From positions 10,212-74,211 of the forward strand of contig JBCNVG010000041.1 in NCBI GenBank assembly GCA_039630325.1: 64,000 nt of DNA, written 5' to 3'. The notes under the pieces are model-generated. The model saw only the letters and a list, made by a program, of their open reading frames with translations, was not told the DNA's origin and searched no databases. This DNA is from Bacteroidia bacterium. Lineage in GTDB: Bacteria > Bacteroidota > Bacteroidia > SpSt-205. The translations under genes and the position numbers were made by a program. Below, in pieces: positions 55,569-64,000 of this stretch (its first letter is position 1; every line of letters starts with the position of its first letter).

Positions 55569-57293
55569 ATGTGGCGCTTTCTGAGACTCCTCCTGGCGCT
55601 CATCCTGGCATTTTTTCTCACCATGATAATCGGAGGGGTCTTGATCGTAGGCTCCCTTGCCACAGGATTAGCGATAAAAGCTTCAGAGGATTCAAAAAGC
55701 GACGCTCCCAAAGAGGGCTGGTTATACCTTCCCTTATCTGGAGAACTGCGCGAATACGAACAGGAGATCTCGCCTACCATCTCCTTGGAGGGGTTTATCT
55801 TTGGCTCCCCTACTCGGCGCCCTCCTACCATGGAGCAAATGCGCCAGGCCATCTCAGAAGCAGCTTCCTCAGACAGAGTCAAAGGCATCATCCTTCACTT
55901 AGGCGATCTGAGTGCCAGGCCAGCCCAGGTTCAGCAAATAGGGCGCTGGCTCTCTGCCTTCAAGCAAAAATCTAAGAAGCCCATCTACGCCTACGGAGAC
56001 TACTTTTCTGAAATCACCTATTACTTAGCCACTTACGCCGATACGATAGTGATGTACCCTCGCTCTGGTGCGACAGTAGAATGGAATGGACTGGTTGCAG
56101 AAGGCATATTTTTCAAGAGGTTCCTTCAAAAATGGGGGGTAAAGCCGAGATTGTTTCGTACCGGAGCCTATAAATCGGCAGCTGAGTCATTTACCGAAGA
56201 AAAGTATAGTGAAGAGAACCGTGCACAGCAAATCGCTCTCTTGGAGGACCTATGGAACAACTTGGTAGACACCATAGCCTCTCGTAGAAAGCTTTCATCA
56301 GATAGCCTGCGCCGCTGGACTGATAGCCGCATCTTTTTCTCCGCCTCTGAGGCAAAACAAGCTGGATTGGTAGATATTTTGATGCCTTGGCACGCCTGGA
56401 TTAGGCAGTTTATTCCCAAGGATAAGGAAGAGCCTGCCTTCATAGAAGCTAAGCAGCTCACTCGGAAAAAATCCTCCAAAGCTTCTGATAAAATCGCCCT
56501 TCTTTATGCAGAGGGGTCCATCGGACCAGAAGGAGATATCAGAGCAGAAAACCTCGTGCCAGTGATTGAAAAGCTTGCGCAAGACGAGAAAGTTAAAGCA
56601 GTGGTTCTGCGAGTCAATAGTCCCGGAGGGGCGGTTCTGGATTCTGACAAGATTATGGAGGCACTGCGATATCTGAAAAGCAAGAAACCGTTGATTGTTT
56701 CTATGTCGGGCGTAGCCGCTTCTGGGGGATACTACATTTCGGCTCTGGCGAATAAGATCGTCGCTGAACCCACTACTATTACTGGCTCTATCGGCGTCAT
56801 CGCCCTCTTGCTGGATTATCATGAGCTATTGGAGAAGCACATAGAGCTGCGCAGCGACCGCGTATATGTAGGGGGAAAATATGCAGACTTTATGAGCCCC
56901 TTGAGAGAAACGCAGCCCGAAGAGGAGCAGCGTCTACAAAGCGAAATCAATCAGATATACGAGGAGTTTTTAGCCATTGTGAAAGAAGGGAGAAACTTTC
57001 CTTCCCGAGATGCTGTGCATTCCATAGCTCAGGGACGCGTGTGGTCTGGCATCGATGCGCGTGACAAAGGTCTGGTAGATACCCTGGGCGGTGTGGAAAC
57101 AGCTATCACCCTCGCCGCTCAAATGGCAAACATCTCAGACTACCAGGTAGAAACCTATCCAGAACCAATGGGTATACTTGAGCGATTCCTCAAGGACTTC
57201 CAAAAAGTCCAAACTTGGTGGAGTCAATTTAGAGTACCTTCACCTATGCCTCTCCTGTTTCAAATATATTGGGAAGAGCTTGGCATTCACTGA
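55569..57293 (+). CDS. sppA: Signal peptide peptidase SppA (67K two-domain type)
   Basis: N-terminal TM segment and two ClpP/crotonase-like halves. The Ser nucleophile region reads ...VSMSGVAASGGYYIS... and the Lys region ...GIDARDKGLVD.... Start chosen at MWRFLRLL. Confidence 0.8.
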   Translation: MWRFLRLLLALILAFFLTMIIGGVLIVGSLATGLAIKASEDSKSDAPKEGWLYLPLSGELREYEQEISPTISLEGFIFGSPTRRPPTMEQMRQAISEAASSDRVKGIILHLGDLSARPAQVQQIGRWLSAFKQKSKKPIYAYGDYFSEITYYLATYADTIVMYPRSGATVEWNGLVAEGIFFKRFLQKWGVKPRLFRTGAYKSAAESFTEEKYSEENRAQQIALLEDLWNNLVDTIASRRKLSSDSLRRWTDSRIFFSASEAKQAGLVDILMPWHAWIRQFIPKDKEEPAFIEAKQLTRKKSSKASDKIALLYAEGSIGPEGDIRAENLVPVIEKLAQDEKVKAVVLRVNSPGGAVLDSDKIMEALRYLKSKKPLIVSMSGVAASGGYYISALANKIVAEPTTITGSIGVIALLLDYHELLEKHIELRSDRVYVGGKYADFMSPLRETQPEEEQRLQSEINQIYEEFLAIVKEGRNFPSRDAVHSIAQGRVWSGIDARDKGLVDTLGGVETAITLAAQMANISDYQVETYPEPMGILERFLKDFQKVQTWWSQFRVPSPMPLLFQIYWEELGIH

Positions 57294-57296
57294 CCT

Positions 57297-60110
57297 ATGG
57301 AAATAGAACTTCTCTGGCCTCTCGTACAAGAATTAGTCCAATCTCCAAATATATCGGATGAAGATTGGAATTTTCTGCAAGAAAATGCGAATACCCTTGG
57401 CTGTTCAGAAGCGCTGCTTCGAGCAATGGTTGCCGTTCACTTAGCCAAGAGTGCGCCCCATATTGACAAACGGCTCACTGCTTTAGATACTTTGATAGAC
57501 GCCCTGGGCCAGGAAGCTAATAAGTACATCTCATTTCTCGTGGAAGTAGCTCAGTACTTGAATCTTCCAGTAGATTTAGTCCAAGCTTTAGTTCAAATAC
57601 CGCGCTCCCCTGTCCTTCGCTACCTCCATCGGCTCATTCGCACCTTGGAGCCCCTTGGACTACAAGATGGACTACTAAACTGGCTCCAGCAAAAAGCCAG
57701 TCAGCTACACGTGCCAGACACAACGGTACATTCCTTACAACAGCTGATTGAAGCGATACAAAAAAGATCTATCCATCATGCTATCCAGAGCTACTGGGAG
57801 CTCCTGAAACTGCTTGACAAACAAGGCATGCCAGCTGTGGAGTTGGGGTACCTAACAGAGATAGCGCGGGAAGCCCGCATATCCGACACGCTAAGTCAAG
57901 GTTTGCAAGAGTACCTTCGTATGCGACATAGAGGCCAATCCACCTTAGAAGCCATAGCACACCTAATTCGCAGCTGCATCCAGCGAAGTAGCTTATCCAC
58001 AGAAGAGCTCTCATTTTTAGAATCTCTTGCGCAAGAAGAAGGACTGAATAGCGACGTAATAGAAACCCTCTTAGAAGTTGAAAAATCCATCCGATCCGCA
58101 GCGCCCGACACATTTGGGGCTGAATCTCTTATCCCCCTTATACGTACCCTTATCCGTTTAGGAACCATAGATGAGGGAGCCCGACGCTTACTCACTCAGC
58201 GCGGCAGTGAGTTGGGACTCTCTCATGCGCAAGTAGAAGCGATCATAAGCTTAGAACAACAAATTTTTGAAAATAGGGCCAAGTTTCCTCAAAGTATTCA
58301 ACCTTTAGTAAAATCATTCGTAGAAAACGAACGCATTAGCGACGATAAGCTGCTATTTCTAATCAAAAAAGCTCAAGAACTGGGTGGTACAGACAAAGTA
58401 GTCCGTAGCCTCGTCCAAATAGAAATAGCTGCTCAGAAAAAGGCCAAACAAGAGCTACGACCTTCCATTCCACCAACGCATGTTCCTCCACCAGGGTTTG
58501 AAACTCCATCAAACATCTTTACTGCTCCTGCGTCTGCGGAGTCTGTTTCTCCTCCCTCGACAATATCAACTCCATCTACCCCCCCTCCCACATCATCCTC
58601 CCCTACAGAAGCGGAAAAAGCCCCCATTCCTTCTATCATAGATACGGGCATGTCATTAGGCATAAAAACAGCTACCTTCCCCAAAGGAGGCCGTTTTCCA
58701 TCCATAAACATTGACTTCAATTCCATAAAGGTATTTTCCCTGCGAACGGAAAAAGACATTATTAGACGTTCTGAAATATTCTCCAAAGATGGACGAATAA
58801 ACTGGTATGCCCTCGTAGAATACGGAGAAAGAGAATATGTCCTCATAGCCAAAGGTAAGCCCGAACACCATTTTGAAGAAGTAGTAGGTTGGGGAATAAG
58901 TCCCACTGGAGAAGTAATCGCCATCAAACATCGCTCACAAGGCTCCTATCGCGTGTATCTAAACGGGGAAGAAGGCCGTTCTCTGGATGATATATCTCCC
59001 CTCATCATATCGCCCAATCATAAGCATCTGGCTTACACTGCACGCAAAGGAGAAGAGATTTTTGTCTTCTTGGATAATGTAGGCATGGGACCTTTCACTC
59101 AAGTGACTAATCTAACTTTTCGCCCTAACACTGAAAACGATCTGTTTTTTGTCTATCAAGTAGATAAAAATAGATGGCAAATTCGGGATTACATTGGAAA
59201 CACTTATGGAGAGCCATTTCCTACGATAGATTTGCTCAAATTTTCTCCAAATGGCGAAAGAATGGTGTGTATTGTCTTGAAAAACCGAAAGTTCCATCTT
59301 AGAGAGGGGGATAAGTTAGGAAGCCCTTATGATCTTATATCTGATATCTCTTTTACCGAAGATAGCGCCCATATATCCTATCTTGTTAGAAAAGGGACTC
59401 AGATTGGCATCGTATGGGACGACGAGCTGCTTCACTTGTCAGAGGGTATTTCTGGTGTTACCCTGTCACCTGATTCTCGTTTTGTGGTGTATGTTGCCCG
59501 AGACAAAGAGCAAAACTTCTTGTACATTCATAAAAAGGCTTTTGGGCCCTATGACAAGGTAGAGCGCCCATTTATCACACGCAATCAACCAGCGGTAATA
59601 TATCCCGTAGTTATCCAGGGAAAGCATCACATTTTCATAAATGGAACACCAGAAGCTGGACCATTTGACAAGATCGTCAAGTTTTCTGGACAGATCAATA
59701 GTTATGCTGCGATAGTACATAAAGGAGGAGAAGGCCAAGCGGTTCTCCGAGATGGGAAATTAGGTTCTACCTACTCCTCTGTGGATCAGATAGTGTGGGA
59801 TACAAAGGGCAAAAATATAGCCTACATCGCCCGCCGGAAAGGAGAGTGGGCTGGGGTCGTTTGGAACGAAACCGAAAGCGATCAGTATGAGTTTGTTCAG
59901 CACCACACTTTTGACTCTGAGGGACGGGCATTATTGTTTTTTGCTCGGCGTCGCGACGGGTGGTATGCGGTGCTAAACGATACGCCGATTCCTGACTCAC
60001 TTTGCAAGGAAATCCTAACTCCACCTGCCTACGACCCTAAGCTACAGGCCTTTGTGTACTTATATCGTCAGAAAAAAGATGTCTATGAAGGTCGCATAAC
60101 GCTGCGATGA
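57297..60110 (+). CDS. Hypothetical 937-aa three-module protein: helical repeat domain, Pro/Ser/Thr-rich linker, WG-like repeat beta-propeller
   Basis: Residues 1 to about 380 hold 7 or more degenerate 40-50-aa helical repeats (...LGCSEALLRAMVAV, LNLPVDLVQALVQI, LHVPDTTVHSLQQLI, LGLSHAQVEAIISLE...). Residues about 385-440 form a PST-rich linker (PPPGFETPSNIFTAPASAESVSPPSTISTPSTPPPTSSSPTE). Residues about 470 to the end hold 8-10 repeats of the type SPDxxx(V/A)Y.AR...xx.V..N...GP(Y/F)D.V, as in WG/KWG repeats. Confidence 0.6.
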   Translation: MEIELLWPLVQELVQSPNISDEDWNFLQENANTLGCSEALLRAMVAVHLAKSAPHIDKRLTALDTLIDALGQEANKYISFLVEVAQYLNLPVDLVQALVQIPRSPVLRYLHRLIRTLEPLGLQDGLLNWLQQKASQLHVPDTTVHSLQQLIEAIQKRSIHHAIQSYWELLKLLDKQGMPAVELGYLTEIAREARISDTLSQGLQEYLRMRHRGQSTLEAIAHLIRSCIQRSSLSTEELSFLESLAQEEGLNSDVIETLLEVEKSIRSAAPDTFGAESLIPLIRTLIRLGTIDEGARRLLTQRGSELGLSHAQVEAIISLEQQIFENRAKFPQSIQPLVKSFVENERISDDKLLFLIKKAQELGGTDKVVRSLVQIEIAAQKKAKQELRPSIPPTHVPPPGFETPSNIFTAPASAESVSPPSTISTPSTPPPTSSSPTEAEKAPIPSIIDTGMSLGIKTATFPKGGRFPSINIDFNSIKVFSLRTEKDIIRRSEIFSKDGRINWYALVEYGEREYVLIAKGKPEHHFEEVVGWGISPTGEVIAIKHRSQGSYRVYLNGEEGRSLDDISPLIISPNHKHLAYTARKGEEIFVFLDNVGMGPFTQVTNLTFRPNTENDLFFVYQVDKNRWQIRDYIGNTYGEPFPTIDLLKFSPNGERMVCIVLKNRKFHLREGDKLGSPYDLISDISFTEDSAHISYLVRKGTQIGIVWDDELLHLSEGISGVTLSPDSRFVVYVARDKEQNFLYIHKKAFGPYDKVERPFITRNQPAVIYPVVIQGKHHIFINGTPEAGPFDKIVKFSGQINSYAAIVHKGGEGQAVLRDGKLGSTYSSVDQIVWDTKGKNIAYIARRKGEWAGVVWNETESDQYEFVQHHTFDSEGRALLFFARRRDGWYAVLNDTPIPDSLCKEILTPPAYDPKLQAFVYLYRQKKDVYEGRITLR

Positions 60111-61105
60111 GCCCAATAGATGGTTTCTGGCTACGTCGCGCCTGGGAGCTGGCCAGACGCAGTTCGCCTTCTCATGTAGAACCGAACCCCCCTGTAGGTG
60201 CCGTGATTGCCTTGGGAGATAGGCTATTAGGTGAAGGTTTCCATAAAGCATTTGGTGGTCCGCACGCAGAAATAGAAGCCCTTAGCGCAATCGCTGATAC
60301 TGCCTTACTGAGCCAAGCTACCCTCTATGTCACCTTAGAACCTTGCTGCCATACAGACAAAAAGACTCCTCCGTGTGTTCCAGCTATTCTTTCTGCTGGG
60401 ATCAGACGGGTAGTGATTGGATGTCAAGACCCTAATCCCGCTGTATCTGGCCGAGGCATCCAAGGCTTACGGGAAGCTGGGGTGGAAGTCTTACTGGCTG
60501 AGGATCCTGAGCCTTTTGTCCAGCTCATCAGGCACTTCCGCACTAATATTCACAAGCAGCGTCCCTACATCACTTTGAAATGGGCCCAAGCTAATCTCTC
60601 CGGAAATCTATATGAGCGCGGGATCATAGGAAGTCGCACTCAGCCACGCTGGGGTATCTCCTCATTTTGGGGCAGAGTCTGGGGACATAAGCTACGAGCC
60701 CAGCATAGCCATATCGCCGTAGGATACGGCACCTGGAGATTAGATGCCCCCCGCTTGACTACTCGCTATTTCCCAGGAGCTAATCCCAAGCAGCTCATCT
60801 TCTATGAGCCTGAGCGTGGTCTCCCATCGGAAGCGGATGAGCGATTCATCCCGCTTGAATATCCATTGGATACAGTTTTAGAAAGATTATACAAAGAGCT
60901 TCAAGTTGGCTCTATTCTCATAGAAGGTGGCGCTTCGCTCCTGAATAGATTTCTGGCTTCAAATCTATATGATGAAATCCATGTGATAATCAGACTCCAC
61001 GCTCCGCATCCCCCAGATCCCGTGTTGGCCCCCGCTTTACCTCCCCTGCGGTGGAAAAGGTTTACCATTGCCCCAAATGAAGTAGTACTCAAGGCCTACG
61101 CTTAG
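60107..61105 (+). CDS. ribD: Bifunctional riboflavin biosynthesis deaminase/reductase
   Basis: The cytidine-deaminase-like zinc motifs HAEIEAL and LEPCCH are present, with a C-terminal RibD_C reductase domain. It has a 4-nt overlap with the upstream gene. Confidence 0.85.
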   Translation: MSPIDGFWLRRAWELARRSSPSHVEPNPPVGAVIALGDRLLGEGFHKAFGGPHAEIEALSAIADTALLSQATLYVTLEPCCHTDKKTPPCVPAILSAGIRRVVIGCQDPNPAVSGRGIQGLREAGVEVLLAEDPEPFVQLIRHFRTNIHKQRPYITLKWAQANLSGNLYERGIIGSRTQPRWGISSFWGRVWGHKLRAQHSHIAVGYGTWRLDAPRLTTRYFPGANPKQLIFYEPERGLPSEADERFIPLEYPLDTVLERLYKELQVGSILIEGGASLLNRFLASNLYDEIHVIIRLHAPHPPDPVLAPALPPLRWKRFTIAPNEVVLKAYA

Positions 61106-61144
61106 AGACAACATCCCGCCTATTTTAGTTTATTTTGCACAGAT

Positions 61145-61813
61145 ATGAAGGCAACTTCCAGTTCTCTTTCCTGGCTCCACACCTCGGTAGGCCGCAAGGT
61201 AGTGATGGCTGTAACTGGACTTTTCCTTATCACTTTCCTGGTAGTACACCTGGCTGGGAACCTCTTACTGCTGCGCAACGACGGGGGTCAGGCCTTCAAT
61301 GCCTACTCTGAGTTCATGAGCACTAATCCAGCTATCCGAGTGCTTGAGATTTTGCTATTTGCAGGGTTTGTCCTTCACATTTATCAGGGGTTGTACTTCA
61401 TCTTTCGAGAGCGTAAAAGTCGCCCGCAGGGATACGCTCTAAACGCCGCCAGTGCAAATACCTCCATATTTTCTCGTACCATGCGTCTCAGTGCCGTAGT
61501 TATTCTCGTCTTTTTAGTGGCGCACTTGCAGCATTTCTTTGTTGAGCATCGTCTCCTCCACTCTCCCCTCACTATGTACGATTTGTGCAAGCTCACGTTT
61601 GAAAACCCTTATTATTCGGCATTTTACATAGGTAGCATGGTTTTACTGGCATTCCACTTGGCTCACGGGTTTTATAGCGGGTTTCAAACCTTAGGGTTAG
61701 TCATGAACTCTCGGATAGAGCGGCTTATTAGATGGGCGGCGGCGGCTTTCGCATTTATAGTCCCCTTAGGGTTTGCTATTATTCCCATTTACTTTTTGAT
61801 AGCCAAAAATTGA
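61145..61813 (+). CDS. sdhC: Succinate dehydrogenase / fumarate reductase cytochrome b subunit (single-subunit b558-type membrane anchor)
   Basis: 222 aa with 5 TM helices and conserved His residues in the helices (HLAGN, HIYQG, HLQHF, HLAHG). It lies directly upstream of the flavoprotein subunit. Confidence 0.8.
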   Translation: MKATSSSLSWLHTSVGRKVVMAVTGLFLITFLVVHLAGNLLLLRNDGGQAFNAYSEFMSTNPAIRVLEILLFAGFVLHIYQGLYFIFRERKSRPQGYALNAASANTSIFSRTMRLSAVVILVFLVAHLQHFFVEHRLLHSPLTMYDLCKLTFENPYYSAFYIGSMVLLAFHLAHGFYSGFQTLGLVMNSRIERLIRWAAAAFAFIVPLGFAIIPIYFLIAKN

Positions 61814-61820
61814 TGAGCCT

Positions 61821-63803
61821 ATGGCAGAGACCTTAGTCGTACCTTCACCTGTCACGGTCAGTCCCTCTATATCTTGGAGGGAAGGTGCACCAATATTAGA
61901 TAACCGTTGTCCTTCGGGAGATTTAGAGAAGCGTTGGACTCGTCACAAAGATAGCCTGCGGTTAGTAGCGCCGCATAACAAACGGAAGCTTGAGGTTATC
62001 GTAGTTGGAGCGGGATTAGCTGGGGCTTCCGCAGCCGCCAGCCTTGGAGAGTTAGGCTATCAGGTGAAGGTATTCGTTTATCACAACTCTCCGCGTCGTG
62101 CTCATAGTATCGCCGCCCAGGGCGGTATAAATGCCGCCAAAAACTACCGCAATGATGGGGACAGTATTTGGCGGCTCTTTTACGATACTATCAAGGGGGG
62201 GGATTTTCGCTCGCGCGAGTCTAATGTGTATCGGCTCGCCGAAGTCAGTGTCAAGATTATTGATCACTGCGTGGCTCAAGGGGTCCCCTTTGCTCGTGAG
62301 TATGGAGGCTATCTAGACACGCGATCCTTCGGTGGGGCACAGCTTATGCGTACCTTCTACGCAAGAGGTCAAACTGGTCAGCAGCTCCTACTCGGTGCGT
62401 ATGCCGCCCTTCAGCGGCAAGTAGAGCAAGGGAACGTCAAGGTGTATTACAATCACGAGGTCTTAGACATTGTGGTGGATGAAGGACGCGCCAGAGGTAT
62501 CATTGTACGAAACCTGATTACTGGCGAAATCCACCGAGTAGCTGCCCATGCGGTAGTCCTGGCTACAGGTGGCTATGGAAATGCATACTACCTTTCTACT
62601 AACGCTAAGCTCTCTAATGCCACAGCTATATGGAGGGCTCACCGCCGAGGGGCTTACTTTGCCAACCCCAGCTTCGTACAGATACATCCCACCTGTATTC
62701 CGCAATCAGGAGAGTATCAATCGAAGCTTACTCTCATGAGTGAGAGTTTGCGCAATGATGGCCGGGTTTGGGTACCTCGCACTCCGGGTGACAAGCGTCC
62801 CCCTCATGAGATTCCAGAACACGAACGCTGGTATTACTTAGAGGAGTGGTATCCTTCTTTCGGAAACTTAGTGCCTCGAGACATCGCCTCCCGCGCGGCC
62901 AAACGCGTCTGCGACATGGGATATGGGGTCGGTCCCACAGGCCGAGCGGTATACTTGGATTTCTCTGATGCTATCAAACGCTTGGGGCGAGAGGTGATCT
63001 ACCAGCGCTACGGTAATCTCTTCGAAATGTATGAAGAAATCACCGGCGAAAGCCCATGGGAAACGCCCATGCGAATCTACCCCGCTGTTCATTACACGAT
63101 GGGCGGGCTCTGGGTAGACTATAACCTCATGACTAACATCCCTGGCCTGTACGCCATAGGAGAAGCTAACTTCTCCGATCATGGGGCTAATCGCCTCGGC
63201 GCCAGCGCTCTCATGCAAGGCCTTGCCGATGGGTACTTTATCCTTCCCTACACTATTGGAGATTACCTTGCTACCCAGCTCTTCGAGAAACCTTCTACGG
63301 ATACTGCGGCCTTTGTCGAAGCTGAAAAGGAAACTAAGCAGCGTATAGAGCGAGTCCTTTCTGCCAAAGGCACTCGCACCGTGGATGAGTTCCATCGAGA
63401 GCTCGGGAAAATCCTGTGGGACGCATGCGGCTTAGCTCGCAATGCTTCTGGCCTGTCCGAGGCTTTCCACCAAGTGCGAGAACTGCGAGAGCGCTTCTGG
63501 CGAGAAGTACGCGTGCCAGGTACGGGGCAAGAGTTCAATCAAAACTTAGAAAAAGCTTTGCGGGTGGCTGACTTCCTGGAACTGGGCGAACTGATGATTG
63601 TGGACGCCTACCACAGAGAAGAATCCTGTGGCTGCCACCTGCGTGAGGAGTACCAAACGGCGGAGGGAGAGCCCTTGCGCAATGATGAAAAATACGCTTA
63701 TGTCGCTGCGTGGGAATGGGCTGGGGAAGGAGAGGCTCCCATTCTCCACAAAGAACCGCTCAACTTTGAGTTTGTCAAACCAACTGTCCGAAGTTACAAA
63801 TAA
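61821..63803 (+). CDS. sdhA: Succinate dehydrogenase / fumarate reductase flavoprotein subunit
   Basis: The FAD-binding GxGxxG motif is present ([15 protein letters not shown]). The covalent-FAD His region reads ...[14 protein letters not shown]..., and ...HYTMGGL... follows. 660 aa. Confidence 0.9.
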   Translation: MAETLVVPSPVTVSPSISWREGAPILDNRCPSGDLEKRWTRHKDSLRLVAPHNKRKLEVIVVGAGLAGASAAASLGELGYQVKVFVYHNSPRRAHSIAAQGGINAAKNYRNDGDSIWRLFYDTIKGGDFRSRESNVYRLAEVSVKIIDHCVAQGVPFAREYGGYLDTRSFGGAQLMRTFYARGQTGQQLLLGAYAALQRQVEQGNVKVYYNHEVLDIVVDEGRARGIIVRNLITGEIHRVAAHAVVLATGGYGNAYYLSTNAKLSNATAIWRAHRRGAYFANPSFVQIHPTCIPQSGEYQSKLTLMSESLRNDGRVWVPRTPGDKRPPHEIPEHERWYYLEEWYPSFGNLVPRDIASRAAKRVCDMGYGVGPTGRAVYLDFSDAIKRLGREVIYQRYGNLFEMYEEITGESPWETPMRIYPAVHYTMGGLWVDYNLMTNIPGLYAIGEANFSDHGANRLGASALMQGLADGYFILPYTIGDYLATQLFEKPSTDTAAFVEAEKETKQRIERVLSAKGTRTVDEFHRELGKILWDACGLARNASGLSEAFHQVRELRERFWREVRVPGTGQEFNQNLEKALRVADFLELGELMIVDAYHREESCGCHLREEYQTAEGEPLRNDEKYAYVAAWEWAGEGEAPILHKEPLNFEFVKPTVRSYK

Positions 63804-63815
63804 ACCGCACACCTT

Positions 63816-64000
63816 ATGCGATTCATCTTGCGGATTTGGAGACAGAAAAACGCACAAGACCCTGGCCGATTTGAGACCTATGAAGTAGATGGCATTTCGC
63901 CGGATGCCTCCTTTTTAGAGATGCTGGATATTCTGAACGAAAGGCTCATCCGAGAGGGGAAAGAACCTGTGGCATTTGACCATGACTGTCGAGAAGGGAT
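63816..64000 (+). CDS. sdhB: Succinate dehydrogenase iron-sulfur subunit, N-terminal fragment (runs off the window end)
   Basis: The ATG at 63816 opens a frame reading [61 protein letters not shown].... This is the typical SdhB 2Fe-2S ferredoxin-like N-terminus. Confidence 0.8.
   Translation, partial: MRFILRIWRQKNAQDPGRFETYEVDGISPDASFLEMLDILNERLIREGKEPVAFDHDCREG

Noticed and set aside
1-64000. Scan for tRNA, rRNA, CRISPR arrays, IS elements or prophage genes
   Set aside because: No intergenic gap longer than about 190 bp exists. I found no direct-repeat and spacer periodicity and no transposase, integrase or phage structural-protein-like ORFs. I saw no cloverleaf-compatible sequence in the gaps. 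Absence is judged by eye only, without tRNAscan or Infernal

Overview
This 64-kb window is chromosomal DNA from a Bacteroidota/FCB-group-like bacterium. I estimate GC by eye at about 55%. Three observations support the phylum call: a type IX secretion (T9SS) C-terminal sorting domain on a protease, a PorV/FadL-like outer-membrane barrel, and a single-subunit b558-type succinate dehydrogenase (SdhC) membrane anchor. Most of the window is densely packed housekeeping and cell-envelope genes. On the minus strand these are rimO, then the cell-shape genes mreB-mreC-mreD-mrdA(PBP2), then purH, then a NeuD-like acetyltransferase, a beta-propeller lipoprotein, a membrane protein and a DUF3365 heme c protein. 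The distal half of the division/cell-wall (dcw) cluster is also on the minus strand (ftsW-murG-murC-ftsQ-ftsA-ftsZ). It is followed by a small membrane protein, a PcrB/GGGPS-family prenyltransferase and a hypothetical gene. Other housekeeping genes are asd, bioB, lpxK, a purine nucleoside phosphorylase, rfbA-rfbC plus a UXS-like SDR, rpmH-rnpA-yidD, tpx, nadE, sppA, ribD and sdhC-sdhA-sdhB (sdhB runs off the window end). Envelope and transport genes include a roughly 1000-aa AsmA-family protein, ending in an ER-rich repetitive tail, directly upstream of an MsbA-like ABC exporter. There is also a TetR-TolC-MFP module with no inner-membrane pump gene, a GT39/ArnT-like glycosyltransferase, an SSF-family symporter, and a 1293-aa subtilisin-like (S8) protease with FG-GAP-like repeats and a T9SS C-terminal domain. 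The clearest accessory element is a low-GC two-gene insert at about 11.6-13.6 kb. It encodes a SPPY-type DNA amino-methyltransferase overlapped by an uncharacterised 231-aa partner, a candidate restriction endonuclease (putative R-M system or other MTase-linked module). Two other loci merit follow-up. One is an ATP-grasp ligase plus esterase pair sitting where yidC would normally follow rpmH-rnpA-yidD. The other is a 937-aa three-module protein with helical repeats, a Pro/Ser/Thr linker and a WG-like repeat propeller. I saw no rRNA, tRNA or CRISPR array. One convincing intrinsic terminator hairpin lies between the convergent MFP and GT39 genes.
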